DNA of 64,000 bases from Macrostomum lignano (lineage: Eukaryota). A model generated the notes under the pieces. The model was given only the letters and a program-made list of their open reading frames with translations, was not told the DNA's origin and did no database searches. Positions 1-10,021 of this stretch are shown here, one piece after another. Position numbers and translations under genes: made by a program. The DNA lies in NCBI GenBank assembly GCA_002269645.1, contig NIVC01003318.1, positions 1-64,000 of the forward strand, in the 5' to 3' direction. Numbering within the stretch: position 1 is the first letter of the stretch; the number at the start of each line of letters is the position of its first letter.

Positions 1-1604
1 TTTAAAAAGAGATATAACTGATTCTTATTCTCGAACTGATTCTGATTCGCGTTATGTTCAAGCCACCGCAACCGGAACTTTAGATATGGATAACAATCGA
101 ATTATAAATGTTGCAATTACAACGAATAACTCGGTAGTTGATAAGAACTATGTCGATAATCAGGTTGGTAGTCGTAACGGCAATATCAATATGAATAATT
201 TTAAATTAACAAATTTATTATTTGGAACAGAGGCCACAGACTCGTCAATTTAGGGCAGGTCAACGCTCGAGCTAATGTAACCGACGCCGATATTTTTGCC
301 ACGCCGCTTACATCAAATACTTCAAATCCAGATGTTGTTCTTACAGCATCCGAAAATCCAACGATGCTTTTCGAGTTGGAGATGGAAGCCTTGCGACACA
401 ATGGTCACCAAATACCGGAACCACAACCAATATGGAAATTCAATTTGAATTTTTAGGTTATAATCGAAGAATAAATGAATTAAGAATTACAGGCAGCGCA
501 ACTATTGATATTCCATCGGATGGTCGGTTCGTGCAAAAAATGTTGCTACCGATGCATGGACGGTATTACGAACGTCGGGATCACCAATTCAAGCAACTTC
601 ATTTGCGTTAACTAATTTAACGGTTAATTTTTGGAAATATTATAGCGTTTTATTCCCAACTGGTGGCACCGCTACACAACCTATCGAGGTTCGTCTAATA
701 CAATTATTTGAACACCGAGTTGAAATTCAAGATCTTAATTGGCCAAATGAAATACTATCTGCTACCCGCCGCGAGCGTACGTAGATCAGGTAGCAACTCC
801 AACTTCAAATGGTAGAATGTCTGCCGGTGATAAAAATAAATTGGATAATATTCCGCGATTGATGCCGCATTATTCGAGCCAGTAATTTGTAATTGGACTG
901 GATATCAAAATCCAACAACCGCGGAGATATATATCCAGTTGGTTCTTTAATTGGCGACGCTTCTTATATCGATTATCAAAATGGAGCTAGAATTACTCGT
1001 GAAACTGGTGGAGTAAGTGGGGCATTACAATTCAATTTCACACATTTTCAAAATATATCTGCGTCTTTCTATTCCGAGTCGCTAATTCTACAGGAGATGG
1101 TGCAGATGCGGTTTGGTTTTATGCATATTGTCACGAACGCCAACAAGTGAAGGTGGGACTGGATTAACAACCGACGCCGGATTGATAGTTTTTGCAAGTG
1201 AGTGGCATGATAAATTTGGCGTTGTATGGAGTAATAAAAAATCAGACGGATCAAGCCGCGCGGATGTTAATACTGACGCAGATCAAACGGTAGATTATGC
1301 AAATATTGATAACGGCGATTGGCATTTATTTGAAATTAATATTTTAAATCAAAGGGTTTGGTACCGATTACAGTCATACAATGTTGCTGGTGATTCTTTT
1401 ACCCTCATTGGACAGAACGTTTTCACATATGATAGTGGAACTTGGGGAACTTTAGATAAATCTGGAACCCTTATGGGTTTTGGTGCTCGAACTGGAGGAT
1501 CGGATGCTGCACATTTTATTCGTGGCGCAGCCGTTTGTGGTAGCACATCGTTTGGTTATGTTTTTCCTCTACGCTTATTTGAAAAACCACCCGTACAAAT
1601 CTAA
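1..1604 (+). pseudogene. Fiber/spike-like protein, 5'-incomplete, several frameshifts: shaft repeats + discoidin (F5/8C-like) domain + L-type lectin domain
   Basis: Manual translation across frameshifts gives YSRTDSDSRYV, LDMDNNRIINV..VDKNYVD and MNNFKLTNL shaft repeats (~20-270). Then AFRVGDGSLATQWS..IQFEF (~360-480), ATPTSNGRMSAGDKNKLDNI (~790-850), and GADAVWFY plus GFGARTGGSDAAHFI legume-lectin motifs (1095-1520). Confidence 0.65.
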
Positions 1605-1619
1605 ATATTTATATATAAA

Positions 1620-1947
1620 ATGGCTTTTAGTAGAACTCCATCGATGCGGCAAAATAATGTTATTATTCCTATTCCTAAACAAGAATCAAATATAAAAACA
1701 TTCAAATCTCATACCAAATTTTTATTTAGTACTGTAAATGTTCAGGATAATAAGAAGCTTCAAGAATTAATTAAGTTATTAAAAAATCATATTATACTTC
1801 AAGAGTTTTGGAAAATAGGATTTAAATGGGAGAAAAAAGAAAGAATCACTCCAATACAATACCTATTGAGCTCGGGACAAATCCCAAAGAGCGCGGGGAA
1901 TTCATTTTGGTGCTATTAAAAATAGACGAGAATGTCGGTATCTGAAG
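1620..1947 (+). CDS. Hypothetical Polinton protein, probable frameshift near 1855
   Basis: ORF 1620-1919; an alternative frame PIELGTNPKERGEFILVLLKIDENVGI* continues to ~1947. No recognised motif. Confidence 0.4.
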
Positions 1948-2592
1948 CAGATAAATGGGAACGCGATCATTCAACCAACGTAAAGGTCAGATGTTAGTAA
2001 TGTTGATCGAATAAATTATGATTATGATTTATATACTAAAAAAGTAAGAAGAGTTTCAAACCATATAAGAAATATGGATTTTTTCAATATTGGATTTGGA
2101 AGCTTATCAATGTTATGTGTAATCGTTTTAGGTATTTTACAATCTATTCCAACTCTTAATTTATCTCAATTATTTTTAGGTATTTCAATTGGGTCAATAT
2201 CAGGTTTTGAATTGATCAGGAACTTATCAATACTTTTAGCAATTAAATTATATCTTAAAAAAGAAAGGAAAAATATAAATCTTTAAGAGATGTTGCCAAA
2301 ACAATATAAAAATCAATTATATTTATATGTGCAAAAAATATTGGATGACGGAGAGATAACGATTCATGAATTATCAACCGCGGTTGAATTATATGAAAAA
2401 TATTTAAAAGATAGAAATAGAATTTTAGATGTTGAAACTTTTACCGATATGGAATTAAAAGAGTTGAGACTCGATAAACCCAAAGCTCCACCGATAGAAA
2501 CATTAGGTATTTACGAACCTGAAACTATTGCTACTGGGGCACAAAGCCCGCGGTCAGGAAGTGCTGTAGAACTTAGTTGTTTAGTTTTTTAA
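1933..2592 (+). pseudogene. Membrane-associated accessory protein (hydrophobic hairpin, LDDGEIT..EL motif, C-terminal CLVF), split by an in-frame TAA at 2284-2286
   Basis: ORFs 2074-2286 and 2290-2592 are in the same frame, separated by TAA GAG ATG. Upstream coding-like sequence starts at ATG 1933 with one frameshift. Confidence 0.55.
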
Positions 2593-3059
2593 TGCATATG
2601 TTATATATTCTTCCCAAAGTGGTAACTCTCTTCTGATCCTAGGTTTAAATTTTTTATCAATACATAAAAATTCAATGACTTTTTCATAACATTTCGTTAG
2701 GTATGTTACCTATCCTTATAAACTTTGTATTCTCTCGAATAAGAAAATTGAAATAATATCCAACTAAAATTAAAATCCTTTCGAGTCTTTCGAACTTAAT
2801 CCCTTTCCTTTATTTAAATGGAAAAAGTTATTATATAAATAAACATTATTTCCGGGAATTAAAATTGGATCAGAAATGTCTCTTGTAAGATTTCTTAAAA
2901 TTGTGTTTTTAAAATAGTAATATGAGTTTTCAATCTTTTTTGTTTTTTCAAATTGATATATTTTAGAACATGAATAACACATATGATATATATCTCCGTT
3001 TGCTTTTGCCCTCTGTGCATAGTCACATTACATTTATTACAAACATAAATGTCTTTCAT
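2581..3059 (-). pseudogene. Small zinc-ribbon protein (CNKC...CYSC), frameshifted
   Basis: ATG at 3059 gives MKDIYVCNKCNVTMHRGQK; a frameshift joins ORF 2770-2982 (HMCYSCSK); a further frameshift extends it to ~2581. Confidence 0.5.
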
Positions 3060-3085
3060 TTTTTTGTTATTTTTTTAGATTAAAA

Positions 3086-3415
3086 ATGGAGAGCTGGTTC
3101 AAAACCGATTCTAATGTGATTAATTATCTCACACCCAATATGTTGGAGAATAAAGAATATAATATTGTATGTTTGAGACAGGTTAAATTTATTGGGCTTC
3201 AATCAATATTTTTACAATTAGATGGGCAAAAAATTTTATGTCTAAGCGGAGATGATGTTAAAAATTTTCCTGTTTTAGTTATTAATAAACCTAAAGCGTT
3301 TGTTATGAAATACTGCAACGAGGGTGGATTGCAATTTAAACTAAAACAAACAAATAATAAAAAGAGTGATAGGACTGTAAAATTGGCTGTTTGGGAGGAT
3401 GACGACGAAGACTAA
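3086..3415 (+). CDS. Hypothetical 109-aa beta-rich protein with acidic tail (possible ssDNA-binding protein)
   Basis: Intact ORF ending WEDDDED, close to the polymerase gene. Confidence 0.6.
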   Translation: MESWFKTDSNVINYLTPNMLENKEYNIVCLRQVKFIGLQSIFLQLDGQKILCLSGDDVKNFPVLVINKPKAFVMKYCNEGGLQFKLKQTNNKKSDRTVKLAVWEDDDED

Positions 3416-3430
3416 ATTTTTTATAAGAAA

Positions 3431-3715
3431 ATGGATACGATAAAAATCCTTATCACTAAAGAGCGTGAACTTAATGATATTAATAAAAAAATAAATATAA
3501 TTATATCTCAGAAATATCATGAGTATGGGGACGATATGTTTCCCATCCGATATGAGATAGATAAAAGAAAACGTTTTTTAAGACAAGATATTGTTTATGC
3601 TGAAATAGTAATTGAAATTGAAATAGATAGATTGGTTAGAAAAATAAAAAAACTTAGGAAAAAAATAAAGGATAAAGTTACCCTGCCGACTGTGAGGATA
3701 ATTGGTGCTCAATAA
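3431..3715 (+). CDS. Hypothetical 94-aa basic helical protein
   Basis: Intact ORF directly after 3086-3415, same AT-rich composition. Confidence 0.55.
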   Translation: MDTIKILITKERELNDINKKINIIISQKYHEYGDDMFPIRYEIDKRKRFLRQDIVYAEIVIEIEIDRLVRKIKKLRKKIKDKVTLPTVRIIGAQ

Positions 3716-4036
3716 TATATGAAATTGAAGTTAATGATTTGCTCAAACAATTACATGCTTTAGTTTTTTACAGACCCGATAAGTAATTTTTCTGTTAATC
3801 TCTTCCAGTTATTCAAGACTTTTTCCTTATTTAATTTTTTAAGTTCTTTTGGAAATGTTGAATAATAATTATCTATATCTTTTTCATATTCTAGAAATGT
3901 ATTATATTCACAATCACATTCGATTCACAATCACAATCGTAATAATAATTATTTATTGCCGCTTTGTATTCATTATATTTACTTATTATATCTTCTTTTT
4001 GTTTTTTATCTTTTATCATATTTTTTATCTCTTCTT

Positions 4037-7000
4037 TTAAACCAATGGATATGTTTTAATTTTATCATCTAAATATCTTTTATCATCAAATGGACTTAAT
4101 GTTTTTTTATCTGTCTCGATGACAAACATCTGATGCTTATCTGAATTTAATCGATATTGTGGAGCATGATAATTTTCAATTGTATTAAGGTAATCTAAAA
4201 GTACGTTTTTATAATCATCAAATGTTATCTTTTTTACTGCTGCTCTTGATACCCCTTTTATTTTTTTTACCTCTCCCTCCTGTCCTAAAACCTTAAATGC
4301 ATAGCATTTTGATCTTATTGCTATAAACTCGGTTATGATTTTGCTATTTAATTCATCTTTCATTTTAAGTACAACTTTTTTATTTTGATCTGATTTTAAA
4401 GGATGGTTATCCGGATAGTCGAGGTCCAATGTATCCTTAATTTTTTCCATATCTTTATAGACTTCTGGTGTTTCAACCTTAAATACCAAACTGTCGGTGT
4501 CTGCATATATTGGATAGTTATCTGGCCATGTTTTATTTATAACATCATAATAATATTCATACATTACCAGCTTTGCATAATCTAAAACAACCATTCCAAT
4601 AAATATTGGTTTAAGAAATTTTGTTGTTTTATTTCTCATATGAATGCCCATAAAGTTATCATCAAATTTTATAAAGTCTTTAAAGTTAGGTTTTGAGAAA
4701 TATTTCTTTGCTTTATCAATATCCTTTTCTAAATGGAATTGGGTTCTATCTCTAATATTTTCAACCGTTTTTCCATAAAAAGCATTATTCATTAATTTCC
4801 AATAATCTTTCTCAAAATTTGTTTTTGACATCTGTCTCTGATTTGAATTAAAGTCAATATATTTAGCTAACCAATCTTCCTCAATAAACGATATTGTTCG
4901 ATGTACTTTAGACACTTTTAATCCCTGCTTTTCATAAAATTGTAGAAGCTTATAATGCACTACATAGTTTTTCTTATCATGTAAATTTAATATTAATTTT
5001 TTTGTTGCTAGATGTTTTGCATTATCTACTTTAAGATAATCTTTTTGTGTTTGTGATAAATCATCTTCATTAACTGAACAATGCTCTGGAGCTAAAGGAT
5101 ATTTATATGTTTTTGCTTTTGCTTCCCGAGTATATTGCAAATCCACTTCTACGATACAGCCCCTTCCTTCGGGAATATTTTTGTAATAATCGGGGTCATC
5201 TTCCCATTGGAAATCAGCTATTGGTAATTTTTGTTTCATACAACCACCGTATAAATTGTTTGCATCTAGATATAATACATATGATGATTTTTCTTTTTTA
5301 TTATAATTTGGTAGATACTTATTATTTACTTTAGTATATCTATCTCCTAGTACACCCGAGAATCCGCCGCGAATTCCTCTCTCAATCATTAACAACATAT
5401 CATGATCAGTTAGTAAATCAATCTTAACATCTGTATGTTTCAAACCACAAGCCCATGTTAATCCCGGTGCACTGAAACAATATGCGGGATCAATTTTAAA
5501 ATTCTCATATGTATGATTCCTAAAGTTTTCAAATGCATCAGCTAATAGGAGAACATCTGCTTTAAGATATAGATTATGATAATCTTTAAATGTTTTACAA
5601 TTAAAGTATTTCCATACTTTTTGAGCGTGTTCATAATCCGATTCACTTATATTTGTTGTGATAATGTGGAATAAAACTTTTCTATGGGGGTAATTCGGTA
5701 TGAAAAAATACGTCTTCAGATGTTACATATTCATATGGATAGATGCCCTTACGAGTTAATAGCATTAGTTCTTCCTCGGATAGTTTTTCTTTTTGAAACG
5801 ATTCAATAGTATTGGAAAGTTTTTCTTTACTATTTCTAAATCCCATGGTTTTGGAACTAATGATGAAACAACATTTGCTAAAGATGTTGATAAGAATCTC
5901 AAGGAATCTAGAAAAACTAGATGGGAGTATTTCTTACCATATGTTATTGATATGTAATTTTCTGATGTTTTAGGTAATATATTTATTTCATATTCATCCT
6001 TTCCTAAATGAAGCAATTCTCGAACTAAGAAATGAAAATCATATCCGGAACCATTATGAAAAAATACTGGTATTTCCTTACATCCTTTTCCTTCTTTTGC
6101 ATTACATGATCTACATGCTGCCCCTCGATAATTTCCTGTTAGATGACAATGTTCTCGTATCTTATTTTCTTACTTAAATATCTTTTGCACATAAAACAAT
6201 TTGTTGCATTTTTATAATTGTCTCTATCCTTATTTGTCATATTAATATTTTTTGATAATTTATCATATTGATTTTGAATATATTCAAATACATTTACTAA
6301 TGATTCTGCCATGTGCTTAGCTGCATCATTACCGTGGTAAGTAATCATCCTTGATTTAAATATATGATCAGCTACGGAGTGTACATATATACAATAACTA
6401 TTCGGAAACTGTTGTGCCAATTTTTTTGTGCATTCACCGTCATCAGATACCGTCTGTGATTCTTTTAAGGGAACATTTGTTGCTTCAAAATCAGCATATA
6501 TTACTATTGGTTTTTTAACTGCCATATAATGTTGTTGGAACATTAGGGTTGCATCTTCAGATGCTGGCATTATAGCATTAGTAAATTTGTGATCTAAACA
6601 AAATCGTTGGTGGTTTTTAAGAGCTGTTTCATCCTTTTTAAATGTAAAACAATTTCTACATAGTGGATATCTATTTCTATTTTCTCTTAAAAAAGAACTA
6701 ATATCTTTTATGTATATATAATGTGTTTCATTTTCGCGCTGCATGTACAAAAGATCGATTTGATCTGGTGCTGTTATATCAGTTGCTGGCTTAACAAGAT
6801 AACACCTTTTCTTATACCATTCTGGATCGGTTAAAATTTCTTCTAGATCTTTTGGTTCTTCAATTGTAAACACATTAATATTTAAACCATTCATTTTTTC
6901 AATCTTATATATATCATCTATTGCTACTGGGTATGATATGTTTTTCATTATTATTTCATCCTCATATTGTCTATAATTATATATTTTATTAATGTGTGAT

Positions 7001-7686
7001 TCTACTTGATTGTGATATTTATGAATTAATAAACACCATAATAAACATTTATTATCTTTATTGTCTGGATTTATAATCATAGGTGATTTAAATTTGAGCT
7101 TCATATGTGATCGTCCTTTAAGAATTTCTATAGGTGCAATCTTTACTATTGCTGAATTACAGGATACAAATATAAACCCAGATCCGTTTTCTGTCATCTT
7201 ATCTATCCATTCATCAAACTCAGCTTCTATTTGATCGAATTGATTGTTGTAATTTCCCATTGATAATAATGTTTTATATGATTCTTGTGAAAAGTTATTT
7301 ATTACTTCAATTTCTGAATTTGCATTAAGAATATTTGGTTTTTTAAATTCTGTTTCAACTTCTATTTTATACTTAATTGGCTGTCGTTTGTTATTTGGCC
7401 TTATAGTATAATTGTTTAATATGGTCTTTAATTTATCTTTCATTTGTTTAAAATATTCTTTATAATTTGTATTTATATCTATATCTATATATATTACTTC
7501 AGCTCCATTTTGTCCTTGTGGTTGGGGGTTATTAATATCATTTAATTGTCTTTCTAAACGTATCTCATTTTCTGCCCTAATTCTTGCTTCTATTTCAGCC
7601 CTATCGGCAATTCGTTGTGCATCGATTTGAGCTATTAATTGCGCTCTAAGTTCAGGGTTGTCGATTTGAGCTAAAATTGCTTCCAT
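4037..7686 (-). CDS. polB: Protein-primed family B DNA polymerase (pPolB) with zinc finger and endonuclease-VII-like insertion, interrupted by 3-4 frameshifts
   Basis: Motifs YADFEA (Exo I), EHCHLTGNYRGAACRSCN (EndoVII-like, across a frameshift near 6165), FHNGSGYDFHF (Exo II), RKGIYPYEY, YLKADVLLLAD, YLDANNLYG, KLMNNAFYGK, YADTDS. The pieces 6139-7686, 5765-6016 and 4037-5443 join into one gene. Confidence 0.95.
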
Positions 7687-7769
7687 TTTATAGAATAAAA
7701 TTTATATAATGTTTGAATTATTGATTTTTTAATTTTGTGTTTTTGGTGTCCAGACCCTCCCCCAGGAGC

Positions 7770-8756
7770 CTATTCGAGATCTGCTTTTGGTAATAGCAAT
7801 CCATTGCCCATAACGTTTGAATTTAAGAAAATTCCTGAACCTGCTTTTGGTCTCATTTCGAGATATAATCCGCTTCCGTCGTGTTTTTCAATGATATTAA
7901 AATCTTTTCCTAATTTATTAAAAATTTTCTGAACAGCTGGTCTAAAATTGGATCCAATATTGTCAAAAAATCCTTTAGCTTTCTCACCCGTTTTTTCTAA
8001 AGTTTGACCAAATTCATGTAGTTTATCTGCGACAACTCCACTTCCTTGGGTTGTTCCTTTTAGTACCAAACCATTCCCGTGATTTGTTCCTTGCAAGAGT
8101 AAACCTTTTCCGGCTGCTAACCTAGCTTCTGCATTTCTTTTTTGCTCTGCTGTTGCTGAACTACTATTAATGGTATCAATAAGTTTCTGTTTGAATTGTG
8201 CGTCCTGCGTTATTTGCTGTCTTTGAAATTCGGCCTCTCTTTTAGCTTTTTCGTCCGCAGCTTTTTTGTCATTTACTGCTTTTGCAATTCCAGCTGCTCC
8301 GCCAGCAACTCCTCCAGCTGCTCCAATTCCTGCAAAAATTATTGGGAGCAAAGCTGCAAGGGGCAAGATTCCCCCCTGTTTCGCTCTTAACTCTCCTAGC
8401 TGTTTTACATTATCATGAATTCTTTTTCCGGCTAAACCGACTGCTCCAGCTGCACCAAGTCCTAAAAGAAGCGGTAGAATGGGTAGTAATCCGCCGTCCT
8501 TTTTAGTGTGAGTCTCCATTAAAAATTTCACATCGGAGTCTGTCAACCTATAATTTCTGCCGCGATTCTTAAAGGATATTGGCCTTCCTTCTTGTGCATA
8601 TTTTGCTGCGAGTTTAAATGTATCGATGTCGTAGTCAAACTTTTTACCTAATCGATCCAATCTTTTTAACATTGTGTGGCTATGTTTATTATCATCTAGA
8701 TCTAAAGTATCTACAATTTCTCCTATAAAATATAAGCGGTCGTTATCTGTGTCCAT
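7770..8756 (-). CDS. Adenovirus pX-like core/membrane-active precursor with two GG|hydrophobic segments and GxG-L-x-L repeats
   Basis: KDGG-LLPILPLLLGLGAAG and KQGG-ILPLAALLPIIFAGIGAAGG resemble the adenovirus pX C-terminus (GGFLPxLIPxIAAAIGA). GKGLLL, GNGLVL, GSGLYL, GSGIFL and GNGLLL repeats follow. Confidence 0.75.
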   Translation of the reverse strand: MDTDNDRLYFIGEIVDTLDLDDNKHSHTMLKRLDRLGKKFDYDIDTFKLAAKYAQEGRPISFKNRGRNYRLTDSDVKFLMETHTKKDGGLLPILPLLLGLGAAGAVGLAGKRIHDNVKQLGELRAKQGGILPLAALLPIIFAGIGAAGGVAGGAAGIAKAVNDKKAADEKAKREAEFQRQQITQDAQFKQKLIDTINSSSATAEQKRNAEARLAAGKGLLLQGTNHGNGLVLKGTTQGSGVVADKLHEFGQTLEKTGEKAKGFFDNIGSNFRPAVQKIFNKLGKDFNIIEKHDGSGLYLEMRPKAGSGIFLNSNVMGNGLLLPKADLE

Positions 8757-8766
8757 TTTTATATTG

Positions 8767-9165
8767 TTAAAATTTCTTTAATCCTTTTCCACCTTTAATA
8801 GTATTTAACATTTTATTAAAATCCTGAATATCTTTATTACTTATTGGTGCGCTTTTCGTGGGGGTTTCTGTTGGTTGTGCGGCTTGTGCCAGCTTTAAAT
8901 CTTTTATTGCATTTATTTGTGAGAGGGTGTCGTTAAAATCTCTCAATTTCTTTAGTTCTTCTGCCGCTCTAGCTGCTTCAATTCCTCCTTTTACAGCATT
9001 TGTTATAGAGCCTGCTGCAGAGCCAGCTTGCCCTATAAGCCCCATATTGTCTTTAACAAAATTTGCTGCTGTTCCAACCACATCAAAAAGCCCCTCACCT
9101 CGGTATTCAACTGGGTCTCCTACCTGCAATTCATTCAGATTTTGCATATGTGTAACGTGTGTCAT
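8767..9165 (-). CDS. pVI-like amphipathic-helix precursor (GEG-LFDVVGTAANFVKDN; C-terminal GGKGLKKF)
   Basis: Intact ORF (track 8767-9207; the likelier start is ATG 9165 because the upstream ATG lies in an inverted repeat). Amphipathic helix follows a GxG motif. Confidence 0.65.
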   Translation of the reverse strand: MTHVTHMQNLNELQVGDPVEYRGEGLFDVVGTAANFVKDNMGLIGQAGSAAGSITNAVKGGIEAARAAEELKKLRDFNDTLSQINAIKDLKLAQAAQPTETPTKSAPISNKDIQDFNKMLNTIKGGKGLKKF

Positions 9166-9204
9166 TTTTTGTTCTATTTTTAGTAACAGAAAAAAGATTG
9201 TCTG

Positions 9205-9302
9205 CATTCCATTTAGACCAGATTTTAGACCAAATTTTTGAAAACGAAAACCAAAACGATAGTCTAGTTTTGTTTGGTCTAAAATCTGGTCTAAATGGAA
9301 TG
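9205..9302. repeat. Perfect 30-bp inverted repeat with 38-bp spacer
   Basis: CATTCCATTTAGACCAGATTTTAGACCAAA (9205-9234) and its exact reverse complement (9273-9302). Confidence 0.95.
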
Positions 9303-9387
9303 TTGGGTGGGTAGGTGAGCTGACTATAAATAGCTTCTATTCTTTCCGACCCTTCGCGCCTGCGGCGCGGGCAAGGGGTTATAGAGT

Positions 9388-9655
9388 AGTAGTATAGAAA
9401 AAGACGCTTCTAGATCAGACCTTATTTTAATGGCCGTTTGTAAGGTCTTAAGAGGGGGGACGCGAGGGGGGTGTTAGGGAGTGTTTGGAAGTGTTGGGAA
9501 GTGATTTTTATTGTTAGGGGTGATTATGGGTGATTAGATGTGTTAAGGGTGTTTAGATGTGTTTTTTTATTTACCCCCCGTGTCCCCCCTCTAGACCCTT
9601 AAAACGGTCATTAAAAAAGTGCTCTGGGTCTAGAAGCGTCTTTTTCTATACTACT
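9388..9655. repeat. Terminal module bounded by ~90-bp inverted repeats that begin with the Polinton terminus AGTAGTATAGAAAAAGACGCTTCTAGA
   Basis: 9388-9414 is the exact reverse complement of 9629-9655 (27 bp). Pairing continues imperfectly for about 60 bp more. The spacer is G/T-rich. Confidence 0.9.
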
Positions 9656-10021
9656 AGCGCTAGTGTATTCAGTACACCCCTGTGCGCCAAATAGCACTGC
9701 GCCTCAGTGCAGCCTTGCCAAGTCTCCAAATTTCATCAGCACGTCGACCTGATAGCTGAGGGTGTCTGGCAGTTGAGGCTTGCCTACTGTCGAGGCTTGA
9801 TCGGCGAAACTAGAGAAATTCGCATCAAGGTGTTCATAGTCACCTGGTGCCACCTGTTGAAGGTCTAGAAGCTCCGTCTCGGTGAAGGCCAGTAACCAAC
9901 GAAGTCAGAGCTGATGCAGACACATTTGGTCGACGTGCTGATGAAATTTGGAGACTTGGCAAGGCTGCACTGAGGCGCAGTGCTATTTGGCGCACAGGGG
10001 TGTACTGAATACACTAGCGCT
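9656..10021. repeat. Perfect 94-bp inverted repeat (9656-9749 / 9928-10021) with 178-bp spacer, abutting the Polinton end
   Basis: Arms match exactly by eye; both outer ends are the palindrome AGCGCT. Confidence 0.95.

Larger units (their letters stand above)
1..9655. mobile_element. Polinton/Maverick (adintovirus-like) endogenous DNA virus, right portion; left end lies outside the window
   Basis: AT-rich, intronless, gene-dense block with protein-primed PolB, pX/pVI-like ORFs and a fiber-like gene. It ends in ...TTTTTCTATACTACT at 9655, the reverse complement of the AGTAGT terminus typical of Polintons. No integrase, ATPase, protease or capsid gene is visible, so these are presumably left of base 1. 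Confidence 0.9.

Noticed and set aside
4403-5334. Plus-strand ORFs inside pPolB, and similar antisense ORFs over the GPCR and LRR genes
   Set aside because: Shadow ORFs of real genes with no motifs.
9661-10016. CACTA transposon from the TAGTG...CACTA ends
   Set aside because: Orientation is opposite to CACTA elements (which start CACTA and end TAGTG), and there is no 3-bp TSD.
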